From assembly GCA_041498975.1 (NCBI GenBank), contig JBGQJI010000006.1, positions 1-35,176 on the forward strand: 35,176 bases of DNA, read 5' to 3'. Shown here piece after piece: positions 1-12,921 of the stretch (positions are counted from its first letter, which is position 1; every line of letters begins with the position of its first letter). Position numbers and translations under genes: made by a program. This DNA comes from Candidatus Methylomirabilis sp. (lineage in GTDB: Bacteria; Methylomirabilota; Methylomirabilia; Methylomirabilales; Methylomirabilaceae). The notes under the pieces are model-generated. The model did no database searches and was not told the DNA's origin. It saw nothing but the letters and a program-made list of their open reading frames with translations.

Positions 1-1
1 C

Positions 2-433
2 ATCCATCTGTATATCAACTCACCGGGCGGGTCGGTGACCGCTTCCCTGGCCATCTACGACACCATGCAGTATGTCAAGCCGGCCATCGAGACCATCTGC
101 ATGGGGCAGGCGGCCAGCGGTGCCGCGCTGCTCCTGGCTGCTGGCGCGAAGGGGAAGCGGTTCGCGCTGCCTCACGCCCGCATCATGATCCACCAGCCGT
201 ATGGAGGGACCCAGGGGCAGGCGACCGACATCCAGATCCAGGCAAAAGAGATCCTTCGGATGCGAGAGGAACTGGACCGGATCATCGCCTCCCATACCGG
301 CCAGCCGCTCGAACGCGTCGAAAAGGACAGCGAGCGGGACTTCTTCATGTCGCCCCAGGAGGCCAAGGAATACGGCCTCATCGACGAGGTGATCCACTCC
401 CGGGTCGGCGTGCTGGCACACCAGCCAGCTTGA
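2..433 (+). CDS. clpP: ATP-dependent Clp protease proteolytic subunit (5' truncated by window edge)
   Basis: Frame from position 2 reads [13 protein letters not shown]...[13 protein letters not shown]...RIMIHQP...ERDFFMS, with the catalytic Ser/His/Asp motifs; lies upstream of clpX. Confidence 0.97.
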   Translation: MHLYINSPGGSVTASLAIYDTMQYVKPAIETICMGQAASGAALLLAAGAKGKRFALPHARIMIHQPYGGTQGQATDIQIQAKEILRMREELDRIIASHTGQPLERVEKDSERDFFMSPQEAKEYGLIDEVIHSRVGVLAHQPA

Positions 434-612
434 GCGCCTGGCCAACCGGAACCGGGTGACCTTTTGGGGGCTAGTGGAAGGCCGGTCGGGAGGTCGATCC
501 CCAAGGCCCACCACCGGAGCCACCTTACCCGGGAGTAGTCGAGAGGACACTCATGGCTTTGCTCCGAACGTCAAATCGTCGCAACGGCGCTAAGGACTGA
601 GAGGAGGGGTCG

Positions 613-1860
613 ATGGCCAAGGCGGTGAAAGGCGGTGGGAAGCTCACCTGCTCCTTCTGCGGGAAGAATCAGGATGACGTCCGGAAGCTCATCGCCGGCC
701 CCACTGTGTACATCTGCGACGAGTGCATCGAGCTCTGCAACGACATCATCGCCGAGGAGTGGGAAGAGGAGAAGAGCAAGAGCTTCGGGGAGCTTCCCAA
801 ACCGGCCGAGATCAAGTCGGTCCTCGACCAGTATGTCATCGGCCAGGAGCGGGCCAAAAAGAGTCTGGCGGTCGCCGTCCACAACCACTACAAGCGCGTC
901 AACGCCAGGATGACCTTCGATGAGGTCGAACTGACCAAGTCGAATATCCTCCTGATGGGTCCAACAGGATGCGGCAAGACCCTGCTGGCCCAAACCCTGG
1001 CCAAGATCCTGGACGTGCCCTTCACCATTGCCGACGCCACGACCCTCACAGAGGCGGGGTATGTCGGGGAGGACGTGGAGAACATCATCCTCCGGCTGCT
1101 GCAGGTCGCGGACTACGACGTGGAGCGGGCCGAGCGGGGGATCATCTATATCGACGAGATCGACAAGATCGCCCGCAAGTCGGAAAACCCTTCGATCACG
1201 CGAGATGTCTCCGGGGAGGGGGTCCAGCAGGCGCTCCTGAAGATCCTGGAAGGCACCGTGGCCAATGTCCCGCCACAGGGGGGCCGCAAGCACCCTCAGC
1301 AGGAGTACCTCCAGGTTGACACGACCAATATCCTGTTCGTCTGCGGCGGCGCATTTGTCGGGCTGGAGAAGATCATCGAGCACCGAACCGGCCAGAAGTC
1401 GATGGGATTCGGCGCCCAGATCCAGGGGAGGCGCGGGAAACGGATCAGTGAGCTGCTGGCCGAAGTCCAGCCGGAGGACCTGCTTCGCTATGGCCTGATC
1501 CCCGAGTTGGTGGGGCGGCTGCCGGTGGTGGCGGCCCTGCACGAGCTGGACGAGAAGGCCCTCGTCCGAATCCTCGTGGAGCCGAAGAACGCCATCTTGC
1601 GACAGTACCAGAAGTTCTTCGATTTCGAGCATGTGAAACTGACCTTCACCGACGATGCGATCAGCGCGGTGGCCCAGGAGGCGGCAAAGCGAGAGACCGG
1701 CGCCCGTGGCCTCCGGGCGATCCTCGAAGAGATCATGCTTGACATCATGTATGAGGTTCCCTCACAGTCGGGGATCGCCGAATGCATTGTCAACCGCGAG
1801 ACAGTGATCGAGCGGAAGGCCCCGATCATGCTCTACAAGAAGAAGGCTGAATCCGCCTAG
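613..1860 (+). CDS. clpX: Clp protease ATP-binding subunit ClpX
   Basis: C4 zinc finger CSFCGK...ICDEC, Walker A GPTGCGKT, Walker [13 protein letters not shown] loop; RBS GAGGAGG. Confidence 0.98.
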   Translation: MAKAVKGGGKLTCSFCGKNQDDVRKLIAGPTVYICDECIELCNDIIAEEWEEEKSKSFGELPKPAEIKSVLDQYVIGQERAKKSLAVAVHNHYKRVNARMTFDEVELTKSNILLMGPTGCGKTLLAQTLAKILDVPFTIADATTLTEAGYVGEDVENIILRLLQVADYDVERAERGIIYIDEIDKIARKSENPSITRDVSGEGVQQALLKILEGTVANVPPQGGRKHPQQEYLQVDTTNILFVCGGAFVGLEKIIEHRTGQKSMGFGAQIQGRRGKRISELLAEVQPEDLLRYGLIPELVGRLPVVAALHELDEKALVRILVEPKNAILRQYQKFFDFEHVKLTFTDDAISAVAQEAAKRETGARGLRAILEEIMLDIMYEVPSQSGIAECIVNRETVIERKAPIMLYKKKAESA

Positions 1861-1957
1861 CGCGCCGCAATCTCCCCGGCTTGCTGGAAAGTCAAGGCGG
1901 GAGAATGTAAGTCCGGTTGCAGGTCACCGAACAGATCCGCGTCCCAGCTTCGAGAAG

Positions 1958-2043
1958 CCTGTCCTGAGCGATGTCGAAGGGCTTGCCCTGAGCCATGTCG
2001 AAACGGGCCTGCCCTGAGCCTGGTGGAAGGGCTCAGGACGAAC
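1958..2043. repeat. Tandem REP-like units (3 x ~24 bp, CCTGyCCTGAGCnnnGTCGAAGGG)
   Basis: Three adjacent imperfect copies; the same unit recurs at ~22074-22146 and inside the 18.6/19.8 kb elements. Confidence 0.75.
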
Positions 2044-2133
2044 GGTTCTCCGATGCGTTCTGAGATACCTGCCACAATCATCGCGAATGGGTCGAAGGGC
2101 CGCCAACGGGTTCCTCGGAAAACAGTGATGCCC

Positions 2134-3078
2134 ATGAGAACTATCTTGCCGAACTGGCCGGAGGCGATCGGCGTCAGGACGCAGCATCTGCGACAGGTCC
2201 TGGTGGGGTGTGGCCTGCTCTTCGCCGTGGCGCTCTCAGGATGCGCGATCCTCGACCTCTTTCCGTCGAAGCGGTCCGACGCGCCGGCCGGGTCGGACCA
2301 GGAGTTGATAAGCCGTGCCGAGGCGGCCATGGCCCGAAAGAAATACGATGAGGGGCGCAAGGACCTGCAGCGCCTGATCAACCAATTTCCCGAAAGCGAA
2401 TTGGTCCCGACGGCCCGTCTGAACATCGGCCGCTCCTACTTCAACGAGAAGAGGTACGACGAGGCGCGCGCCGAGTACCAGCGATTTATCGAGCTGTTCC
2501 CTCAACACGAGCGGGTTGACGAAGCGCGGTACTACATGGGACTATCCTTCTTCCGCCAGATGGAAAAGGCGGACCGCGATCAGACGCTGTCAAAGAAGGC
2601 GACCGCGGAGTTCCAGACCCTGGTCAGCGAATTTCGCGATTCCCAGTACGCGGCCGACGCGCGGGCCAAAGTGGCAGAGTGCCGCCGACTGCTCGCCCAG
2701 AACGAGCTCTATGTCGGCAGATTCTACTTTGACCGTGGGGCCTATGGCGCCGCCATCAAGCGGTTCGAGACGATTCTGAAGGAGTACGCCGGCTCCGAAT
2801 ACGACGACCAGGCCCTCTACTATCTCGGAGAGTCGCTTTGGGAGCTCGAGCAGAAGGGGCCCGCCAGGGCCGCTTTCGAGCGCCTCATCTCCCAGTTCCC
2901 GAACTCCGACCTGGGTCCGCTGGCAGCGAAGCGGATCGGGGTGGCCCTTGCTCCGAACCCGCGGCGCAAACAGAGGCCCGGTTTCTTCAGCACTGCGCTC
3001 ACCACGACGACCGACACCGTATCAGAGCTGAAGGACGCGATCCTGGACAGTGACCTCTGGCGGACCTGGGTCCCGTAG
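2134..3078 (+). CDS. bamD: Outer membrane protein assembly lipoprotein BamD
   Basis: Lipobox LSGC, TPR repeats, DRDQ motif, LAQNELYVGRFY...GAYGAAIKRF. Start uncertain (ATG at 2128 or 2134). Confidence 0.88.
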   Translation: MRTILPNWPEAIGVRTQHLRQVLVGCGLLFAVALSGCAILDLFPSKRSDAPAGSDQELISRAEAAMARKKYDEGRKDLQRLINQFPESELVPTARLNIGRSYFNEKRYDEARAEYQRFIELFPQHERVDEARYYMGLSFFRQMEKADRDQTLSKKATAEFQTLVSEFRDSQYAADARAKVAECRRLLAQNELYVGRFYFDRGAYGAAIKRFETILKEYAGSEYDDQALYYLGESLWELEQKGPARAAFERLISQFPNSDLGPLAAKRIGVALAPNPRRKQRPGFFSTALTTTTDTVSELKDAILDSDLWRTWVP

Positions 3079-3108
3079 CCGGCCAAAGAGCTCGGCCGGG
3101 GTCGCGGC

Positions 3109-4113
3109 GTGACCATGGTCAAGCGGTTTCCTGCTCAGCCCGGGAGCGCACCTGCAGCCTTGTCTCGAATCCCGGAGCGCAGGCCCGTGGAGCGGGCGCC
3201 GTCCCTCGGTCACGAGACCCGCGCCCTGCTTCGCCAGTACCACCTGCTGCCGAAAAGAGGCCTCGGACAAAGCTTCCTCATCGCGCCGACCATTCGTAAC
3301 CTGATCCTTCATGCGGCAGAGGTGGGCCCGGAGGACCTGGTGGTGGAGATCGGCCCCGGCACTGGCGTCCTGACCGAAGGCCTGGCCGAGAAAGCGGGCT
3401 GGTTGGTGGCGATCGAACGGGACGCCGGGCTGCATCGATTGCTTGTCGATCGGTTCGGACATCACCCCAGGCTGTCGCTGATCTGCGCCGACGCCCTCTC
3501 CTTCGACTACTCGACCGTTCTCGCTGAGATGTTCCCGGGACACAGACGCGCCAAGCTGGTCTCAAACCTCCCCTATTCAGTGGCCACTCCCCTGATCCTT
3601 CGACTGATCCGGCTGCAACGCTGCTTTACTTTCCTCCTGGTGATGGTGCAGCGCGAGGTTGCGAACCGGCTTCTGGCCGCCCCGGGAGGGAAGGACTACA
3701 GCGCCTTGACGCTCCGCTGCCGCTATGAGGCGGACGCGCGCGCGGTAGCCCAGGTGTCAAGGACGGTGTTCTATCCCAGGCCCGCGGTCGATTCTACCCT
3801 GGTTCGCCTGGACCTGCTCCCCACACCCAGGGTGTCGGTCCGATCCCCTGATCTGCTGTTTCGCGTCGTGCGGGCTGCCTTCGGGCAGCGAAGAAAGACC
3901 CTTCGCAACGCCTTGCTGGGCGGCGGCATCCCGGCGAACTCGGCACCCCTCGACCGGGCATTAGCGGCCGCGGGCATCGACCCGAAGCGCCGTGGAGAAA
4001 CTTTGACCCTCGAAGAATTCGCCAGCTTGGCCGACCATCTGCATGCGACGCACATCGTCCCCCCCCTCCAGGATGCTCCGGAGGGAGAAGATGCATCATA
4101 CGGTCAAGTGTGA
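3109..4113 (+). CDS. rsmA: 16S rRNA m6,2A1518/1519 dimethyltransferase (KsgA)
   Basis: KRGLGQSFL, VVEIGPGTG SAM motif, NLPY, MVQREVA, FYPRPAVDS, FGQRRKTLRN, RGETLTLEEF. Start uncertain. Confidence 0.95.
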   Translation: MTMVKRFPAQPGSAPAALSRIPERRPVERAPSLGHETRALLRQYHLLPKRGLGQSFLIAPTIRNLILHAAEVGPEDLVVEIGPGTGVLTEGLAEKAGWLVAIERDAGLHRLLVDRFGHHPRLSLICADALSFDYSTVLAEMFPGHRRAKLVSNLPYSVATPLILRLIRLQRCFTFLLVMVQREVANRLLAAPGGKDYSALTLRCRYEADARAVAQVSRTVFYPRPAVDSTLVRLDLLPTPRVSVRSPDLLFRVVRAAFGQRRKTLRNALLGGGIPANSAPLDRALAAAGIDPKRRGETLTLEEFASLADHLHATHIVPPLQDAPEGEDASYGQV

Positions 4114-4134
4114 GGCGATTGAGGCAGACGCTCG

Positions 4135-5166
4135 ATGAAGATCTCGGCTATCGGCGAAGTTGGTCTCATCGACCGGATCAGGAGAATTCTGCCACGGGCG
4201 AGCAATGCCCTTCTCGGGATCGGCGACGACTGCGCCGCCCTGCGACCGTCGTCAGGCAGAGATCTTCTGTTGACCAGCGACCTGCTCGTTGATCAGGTGG
4301 ATTTCACCCAGCAGACCATCACCCCCTTTCGCCTTGGCCGGAAGGCCATGGGCGTGAATCTCAGCGACATTGCCGCCATGGGCGGGTTGCCGCGTGCGGC
4401 GCTCATCACGCTGGCGCTTCCACCCGACACGGAGATCGACTTCGTAGACGAACTCTATCGGGGGCTCCAGGAGGAAGGGGCGCGACACGCCGTCGAGATC
4501 CTTGGCGGCGACCTATCCGCCTCGTCCACCCTCATGATCGGCGTGACGCTGGCTGGCGAGGTGGAGCCGGGGAGGGCTGTCACCCGGTCCGGGGCAAAAC
4601 CGGGGGAGCGGATCTGGGTCACGGGCCGCCTGGGTGCATCCGCGGCAGGCTTGGCGGCGTTGAGGGCTGGCTTTCGGCTCCGCGACAATCAGGTCGAGGC
4701 GCCTTCTGAAGTCCCTGCCCACCTGATGGAGGCGATCCGCCAGGCCATCGAACGACATTGCTGCCCCATCCCCAGGGTCCGTGAGGGACGAGCTATCGCG
4801 GAGGCTGGGGTCGCATCGGCGATGATCGACCTGAGCGACGGGCTCGCGTCGGACCTGCGACACCTCTGCCGCGAGAGCGGGGTCTCGGCAACGATCAGGG
4901 AGCATCTGATCCCCGTCGATCCGCTGGCGTCGGCCATCGGACGGCATCTCGGCAAAGACCCGCTGGCAATGGCGCTCGAGGGTGGAGAGGACTTCGAGCT
5001 TCTCTTCACCTCTTCTTCCACGCCTGGCACGATCCTCGCGCTTTTCTCCGATGGGGTCGGGGTAACCGAGGTCGGCGAAGTCACGGAACAGGGACAGGGA
5101 TGCTTGCTCGAGCGCTCAGACGGGGCAGGAGTTCCCCTCATCGGTGGGTACGATCACTTCCGGTGA
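4135..5166 (+). CDS. thiL: Thiamine-monophosphate kinase
   Basis: GEVGLID, GIGDDCA, NLSDIAAMGG, GGD, MIDLSDGLASDL, GGEDFELLF, GYDHF. Confidence 0.96.
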   Translation: MKISAIGEVGLIDRIRRILPRASNALLGIGDDCAALRPSSGRDLLLTSDLLVDQVDFTQQTITPFRLGRKAMGVNLSDIAAMGGLPRAALITLALPPDTEIDFVDELYRGLQEEGARHAVEILGGDLSASSTLMIGVTLAGEVEPGRAVTRSGAKPGERIWVTGRLGASAAGLAALRAGFRLRDNQVEAPSEVPAHLMEAIRQAIERHCCPIPRVREGRAIAEAGVASAMIDLSDGLASDLRHLCRESGVSATIREHLIPVDPLASAIGRHLGKDPLAMALEGGEDFELLFTSSSTPGTILALFSDGVGVTEVGEVTEQGQGCLLERSDGAGVPLIGGYDHFR

Positions 5167-5247
5167 TGATGACCCCGCACGAATATTGGTGTTGCAGCTT
5201 CAACAAGGAAGGACATATCCTTATCGCGGTCAAGACGGCGTCAAGGG

Positions 5248-5709
5248 ATGAAAGGGGGGATGGAGATGCAGGTAAGGCGTCAGACGTTAGACCGACTTCG
5301 GTTCCTAAGGTCTTCGATGGCTGGCGGCTTCCGTGGGGTCGTCACGATCATGGCCTTCACCGATGCCGGCTGGATGCGGCAGTTCCGGTTGTCGAAGCGG
5401 ACCATCCTTCTCTCCTGCATCGTGATGGTGGCTCTGGCCTTCGGGTCAACGTTGACGATGCTCAACCTGGTTCGGGGGCAGTATTACCTGACCCGCATGC
5501 AGTATCTGGAGCGGGAGAATCGCGCGATGACCTCGCTTCTCGAAGTGCAGGCTCAGCAACTGAGCAAGCTCAAGCTCGATATGGCCAGGCTGAAAGAGTT
5601 CGAAGAGAGCCTCCGGCAGGTCTCCGGCCTCAGCGTGCGATCCGAGATCCAGGAGAAGGAGTCCGAGCTCCCCGGGCAGCGGCGTCCCTCGACGCGCCGC
5701 CAGCCTTGA
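5248..5709 (+). CDS. Membrane-anchored coiled-coil protein resembling the N-terminal region of M23 peptidases (no catalytic domain)
   Basis: Beta-rich start, one TM helix (ILLSCIVMVALAFG), heptad stretch ending LKEFEESLRQVSGL. Start uncertain. Confidence 0.6.
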   Translation: MKGGMEMQVRRQTLDRLRFLRSSMAGGFRGVVTIMAFTDAGWMRQFRLSKRTILLSCIVMVALAFGSTLTMLNLVRGQYYLTRMQYLERENRAMTSLLEVQAQQLSKLKLDMARLKEFEESLRQVSGLSVRSEIQEKESELPGQRRPSTRRQP

Positions 5710-5867
5710 TCGGTCCAGGGTCCTCTTCTCCTCCAGCCGGCGCTGGGCCCTGCGATCTCGGGGGGCGTTTATTGTGAGGGTTCTTGCCACCCCTGCCCTC
5801 CGCCGTGTCGTCGATCTTCCCTCCGAAGCCGCCATAAGCGGCCGTTGCTTCAGGCCTGCCGAAGCGG

Positions 5868-6152
5868 TCATTTCATCTTCTCGGGGAGCTCCTTCGGATG
5901 GCTTGAGGAGTCAGCATACGACTTCACCACGCCCCGCTCATCGAACTTTACGTGGAGCCGCTTCGAGAGGGTCTCGCCCGCCGCGCCGCCACTGACATGG
6001 AGCCAGGTCCAGGTCAGGTTACCATCCTCGAGCCCCGCCTGCACAGGAGGGCCGACCATTGTGAGCATCTCTGCCCGTGTGGTCACCCTGTTCTTGATCA
6101 TCCCCGGGGTCGGCGTCGGGAATTCCCTCTCGATCGAGAAACACCCCACCAA
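5868..6152 (-). CDS. Small SmpA/OmlA (BamE-like) lipoprotein; true start lies upstream of the called TTG
   Basis: Lipobox LVGC preceded in frame by hydrophobic GLLGVGCLALL; TTRAEMLTMVGPP...WTW...LHVKFDERGVVKSY pattern. Confidence 0.55.
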   Translation of the reverse strand: MVGCFSIEREFPTPTPGMIKNRVTTRAEMLTMVGPPVQAGLEDGNLTWTWLHVSGGAAGETLSKRLHVKFDERGVVKSYADSSSHPKELPEKMK

Positions 6153-6302
6153 GAGAAGAGCGAGACACCCAACACCTAAAAGACCAGAATGGACACGGAC
6201 TATCCTCCGCCCCCTACTCTCTCACGCCACCTCGACCATGATCGCCGAATACCCTACAGGGGGGCGGCTCCAAGAATGACCCCCTCCCAAAGCTCGCCCC
6301 AC

Positions 6303-6494
6303 CTATGAATCCTCCCGCGCGCCGTGCTTTGCTTTAAATTCTTCCACGCAGCGGTCGCAGGCGCCATCGCCGGAGGCCCACTCCGGATGCTGCCGCTTGA
6401 TCCGATTGATGAGCCATTGTTCCGCGTCCTCGTGCAACGTCCGGAACTCTTCGTTGACCAAGCCTCCGCAGAGCGGACAGGTGTACTTCGCCAT
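6303..6494 (-). CDS. Small 63-aa putative zinc-binding protein
   Basis: RBS GAGGAG before ATG 6494; CPLC...H...H...CDRC. Confidence 0.7.
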   Translation of the reverse strand: MAKYTCPLCGGLVNEEFRTLHEDAEQWLINRIKRQHPEWASGDGACDRCVEEFKAKHGAREDS

Positions 6495-6615
6495 CGCGTC
6501 TCTCCTCAACTCAATTACTCTCCCATGAAACCCCAGGCCACAGATCGGCGACGGGACATCCGATTGCGGGTGCCCCTCCAACTATCAACTTCGGCGTGAA
6601 TTGGTGGGCACCCTG

Positions 6616-6742
6616 CCTGTCCAAGAAACAATCACAGGAAGGCGCGGCCCCCTCTGGGCCGACCGAGGCCTACGTTTCCGGGTACGTCGCAGCGAGTGCC
6701 CCGGGGGCCAGTAACGCCGCTAGGCAACGTTAATTGGACAGG
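6616..6742. repeat. MITE-like element with 9-bp terminal inverted repeats
   Basis: CCTGTCCAA (6616-6624) and TTGGACAGG (6734-6742) bracket a non-coding 127-bp intergenic segment. Confidence 0.45.
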
Positions 6743-6747
6743 TATGG

Positions 6748-8169
6748 TTACGGCTCGCCCACCCGGTGTAGTGTCAGGAGATTGGTCCGCCCCTGTGTGC
6801 CGATCGGGACGCCTGACACGATGACCAATGCATCGCCCTTTGCGGCACTGCCGTCAGCAAGGAGGGCTTCGTCGATCTTTTGGATCATCTCATCGACATG
6901 CTCGATGGGCGCCATGATCTTCGGGATCACCCCCCAGTAGAGGCAGAGGCGGTGCCGGACCCGCTCGTTGGGAGTGAACGCGATCACGGGCGTGGCGGGT
7001 CTGAAGCGGGAGATGAGTCGCGCGGTCGAACCGGTCTGCGTGAAGGCAACGATGGCGCGGGCCTTTGTCTCCACCGCTGCGCGGCAGGCCGCCTCGCTGA
7101 TGGCGTCGGGAAACGTCTGCGCGCTCCCCGGTTCGTGCGGGGAGGGCACTCCTTGCGGAAGGCCACGCTCCGTCTCCACAGCCACCTGCGCCATGACCCG
7201 GACGGCCTCGATCGGATAGGCGCCCGAGGCGGTTTCCCCTGACAGCATCACCGCATCGGTCCCGTCAAAGATCGCATTGGCGACGTCAGACACCTCCGCT
7301 CGCGTCGGACGCGGGTGTTCGATCATCGAGTCGAGCATCTGCGTCGCGGTGATGACGATCACCCCGTGAAGATTGGCCTTCCGGATGATCTGCTTCTGAA
7401 GGAGAGGAACCTCCTCGAGCGGCATCTCTACCCCCAGGTCGCCCCTGGCGATCATGACGCCATCAGCCACTTCGAGAATCCCGTCCAGGTTCCGGACCGC
7501 CTTTGGCCGCTCCAGCTTTGCGATGATCGGGATCTCTACCTTCCGCCTTCTCAGCAGCTCTTTGACACGCGAGATATCCTTACCGGTCCGAACGAAGGAA
7601 AGGGCGACGTAATCGACCCCCTGCTCGATCCCGAACTCCAGATCCGTCAGGTCCTTCTCGGTCACGGCGGGAACGCTGATCGCCACTCCGGGGATGTTCA
7701 GCCCCTTATGGTCCGCCAGGATGCCGCCCTGCAATATCCTGCACACCACGTGCACCCCATCGGTCCTGAGCACCTCGAGATGGATCAGGCCGTCGTCGAT
7801 GAGGATCTGGTCCCCTGCCTTGACCTCGGTGGCAAGACGGTCATAGCCGACAGAGGCGATCTTTTCCGTGCCCTCGACTTCTCGTGTTGTCAGCGTGAAC
7901 TGATCGCCGGGGTAGATGGTCGCCGAGCCGCCCCTGAACGCGCCCAGGCGGACCTTCGGGCCCTGGAGATCCTGCAAGATCGCCACCGGACGGCCCTTCT
8001 GGCCGGAAAGCTGTTTCACCGTCCGGATCGCTTCGGCGTGCTCTTCCCAGGTTCCGTGCGAGAAGTTCAGGCGAGCGACATCCATTCCGGCGTCGATCAG
8101 TCGCGCGATGACTTCAGGCTTGCTGCTGGCCGGTCCGATGGTGCAGACGATCTTGGTCTTTCGCTCCAT
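6748..8169 (-). CDS. pyk: Pyruvate kinase
   Basis: KTKIVCTIGPAS, ARLNFSHG, DLQGPKVR, IAKLE, MIARGDLGVE, ATQMLDSM, DAVMLSGET. Confidence 0.98.
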   Translation of the reverse strand: MERKTKIVCTIGPASSKPEVIARLIDAGMDVARLNFSHGTWEEHAEAIRTVKQLSGQKGRPVAILQDLQGPKVRLGAFRGGSATIYPGDQFTLTTREVEGTEKIASVGYDRLATEVKAGDQILIDDGLIHLEVLRTDGVHVVCRILQGGILADHKGLNIPGVAISVPAVTEKDLTDLEFGIEQGVDYVALSFVRTGKDISRVKELLRRRKVEIPIIAKLERPKAVRNLDGILEVADGVMIARGDLGVEMPLEEVPLLQKQIIRKANLHGVIVITATQMLDSMIEHPRPTRAEVSDVANAIFDGTDAVMLSGETASGAYPIEAVRVMAQVAVETERGLPQGVPSPHEPGSAQTFPDAISEAACRAAVETKARAIVAFTQTGSTARLISRFRPATPVIAFTPNERVRHRLCLYWGVIPKIMAPIEHVDEMIQKIDEALLADGSAAKGDALVIVSGVPIGTQGRTNLLTLHRVGEP

Positions 8170-8196
8170 GACGCGGGCTCCGCGTGTACCTCCCAT

Positions 8197-10730
<2,534 letters not shown>

Positions 10731-11053
10731 CTCCGTTTCCTTTCCCCGAAACACGTTCGCCGCACCGCTTTGACAATCCGCCACGCACCAAGCTGATCCA
10801 GTCGACCCACACTTGCGCGATTGCCCACTGGCGAGATGGATGGGGAAGCGATGCGAGCGCGCCATATAAGACCGACAAACCGCGCGTATTCTATCACGTT
10901 CAAGACTTCACAACCATCAGAAAGGATGGGATGTGACTGGGCTTGATCTCGACAATCTCCCCAGATCGCCAGGCGATATTAGGGGCACGATCTCTCACCC
11001 TCGGATCACAGCTTTCTACACAAGCAGCCATGTCTAGATATATCTTCGGGCCC

Positions 11054-11082
11054 TTGACATTGCGCTGTGCCTGAACGATACT
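11054..11082 (+). promoter_or_regulatory. Sigma70-type promoter
   Basis: TTGACA-17 bp-GATACT upstream of the 11256 ORF. Confidence 0.55.
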
Positions 11083-11255
11083 TGCGTTCAGCAAGGTGAC
11101 CGAAATGACCCCGGGGTGTGCGCAGGATCTCAAGGACCACTTCGACCTAGGTTGGCGCATCATTCAGTCCAGCGCCCTCTCGGGCGCGCTCCGACCCGAG
11201 AGGGCGCTCGTGTTGTATTAAGCCGAGAATAAGGAAGCGGAGGTAGAGGTGTGCG

Positions 11256-12857
11256 ATGAAAACCAACAAAGTGTTGCTCCTTCTCCCTGTCACCCTCCTC
11301 ATCGTGGCGCTTTCTGCATCTGTGGCAAGGGCACAAGAGAAGAGCGGACACGCCGAAAAGCTGGGACAAGTCCATTTTCCCATCACTTGCACCGCCGAGG
11401 TGCACAAGCCATTCGAGCGCGCCGTCGCCCTGCTGCATTCCTTCTGGTACCAGGAGGCGCTCAAGGCGTTCACCTCAGTTGCCGAGAAGGATCCACGCTG
11501 CGCGATGGGCTACTGGGGACTCGCGATGAGCGTCTGGTATCCTCTCTGGGAACCGCCAAGCGAGGCGATGCTCAAGAAGGGGTGGGCAGCCGTTGAAAAA
11601 GCGAAGGAATTGGGCGGAAAGACCGGAAGGGAGAGAGCGTACATCGCTGCCATCGAGGCATTCTACAAAAACTCGGACACGCTCGATCACCGGACTCGGG
11701 CCCTCGCCTACGAGAAGGCAATGGAACAGGTGTATCTGCGGTATCCGGAGGATCGAGAAGCGGCAGTCTTCTACGCGCTCGCTCTAAACGCGACGGCTGT
11801 GGCGACCGACAAGACGTACGCGAACCAGAAGAAAGCCGGCGAAATCCTCGAGAAGGTGTTTGCGGAGGAGCCGGATCATCCGGGCGCCGCTCACTTTATC
11901 ATCCACAGCTACGACTATCCGCCGCTGGCGGACCGCGCCCGTCCCGCCGCGCGGGGCTATCTCACGATCGCTCCCTCAGCCCCCCACGCCCTCCACATGC
12001 CCTCTCATATCTTCATCCGGCTCGGGCTGTGGGGGGAATCGATTCAGTCGAACCGCGCCTCTGCGGTCGCCGCGAAAGACCATGGCGATCCGCGCGCTCA
12101 GCTTCACGCCATGGATTACCTGGCCTATGCCTATCTGCAGGGTGCGCAGGATCGTAAAGCACAGCGCGTCCTCGATGAATTCAACACGATGGGCAAGGTC
12201 GAGCCAGAGAACCAGACGTCGGCCTACGCTGTCGCCGCGATCCCGGCCCGCCTCTCGATCGAGAGGAGCCGCTGGTCAGAGGCCGCACTGCTCCAGCCAC
12301 GCCCGAGCCGGTACACGGCTACCGAGGCGATTACCTATTTTGCCCGCGGCATCGGTTCCGCCCGCAGCAGCGACGCCGGCTCTGCTCGAAAGGATGTCGA
12401 AAGGCTCCAGTCGTTCCACAACGCCTTGATCGAGGCCAAACAGAGCTACTGGGCCGATCAGGTCGAGATCCAGCGCCGAGCGGTGGCCGCCTGGGTCGCG
12501 CGCGCGGAAAGAAGGAACGAGGAGGCCCTCCAGCTCATGCGATCGGCGGCCGATCTCGAGGATTCGACCGAAAAGCACCCGGTCACGCCAGGCCCGGTGG
12601 TGCCCGCACGCGAGCTCCTTGGGGATCTACTCCTCGAGCTGAATGAGCCGACACAGGCCCTGAGCGAGTTCGAGATCTCGCTCCGGGCATCGCCAAACCG
12701 TCTGCACGGACTCTACGGGGCGGCGAGATCCGCCCAGCTTTCGGGAGATCAAGCGAAGGCGATGACGTATTACGCGAAGCTCGCAGCGGTCTGCGACCGC
12801 TCCGACAACGAGAGACCAGAGCTGTTGGAGGCGAAGGCATTCGTCGCGAAGAGGTAA
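11256..12857 (+). CDS. Secreted TPR-like repeat protein
   Basis: Signal peptide; LGQVHFPITC...LLHSFWY...HPGAAHFIIHSYD...HALHMPSHIF; helical repeats. Confidence 0.85.
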   Translation: MKTNKVLLLLPVTLLIVALSASVARAQEKSGHAEKLGQVHFPITCTAEVHKPFERAVALLHSFWYQEALKAFTSVAEKDPRCAMGYWGLAMSVWYPLWEPPSEAMLKKGWAAVEKAKELGGKTGRERAYIAAIEAFYKNSDTLDHRTRALAYEKAMEQVYLRYPEDREAAVFYALALNATAVATDKTYANQKKAGEILEKVFAEEPDHPGAAHFIIHSYDYPPLADRARPAARGYLTIAPSAPHALHMPSHIFIRLGLWGESIQSNRASAVAAKDHGDPRAQLHAMDYLAYAYLQGAQDRKAQRVLDEFNTMGKVEPENQTSAYAVAAIPARLSIERSRWSEAALLQPRPSRYTATEAITYFARGIGSARSSDAGSARKDVERLQSFHNALIEAKQSYWADQVEIQRRAVAAWVARAERRNEEALQLMRSAADLEDSTEKHPVTPGPVVPARELLGDLLLELNEPTQALSEFEISLRASPNRLHGLYGAARSAQLSGDQAKAMTYYAKLAAVCDRSDNERPELLEAKAFVAKR

Positions 12858-12921
12858 CTCACGCACGCGCTCCTTGATACACAGGAGCTATTCCGCGTCC
12901 AGTTGAAGAGATAGGGAGGGA

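Noticed and set aside
1958..2043. Tandem ~24-bp repeats as a CRISPR array (also 22074-22146)
   Set aside because: No unique spacers, degenerate units and no cas genes; they fit REP-like repeats.
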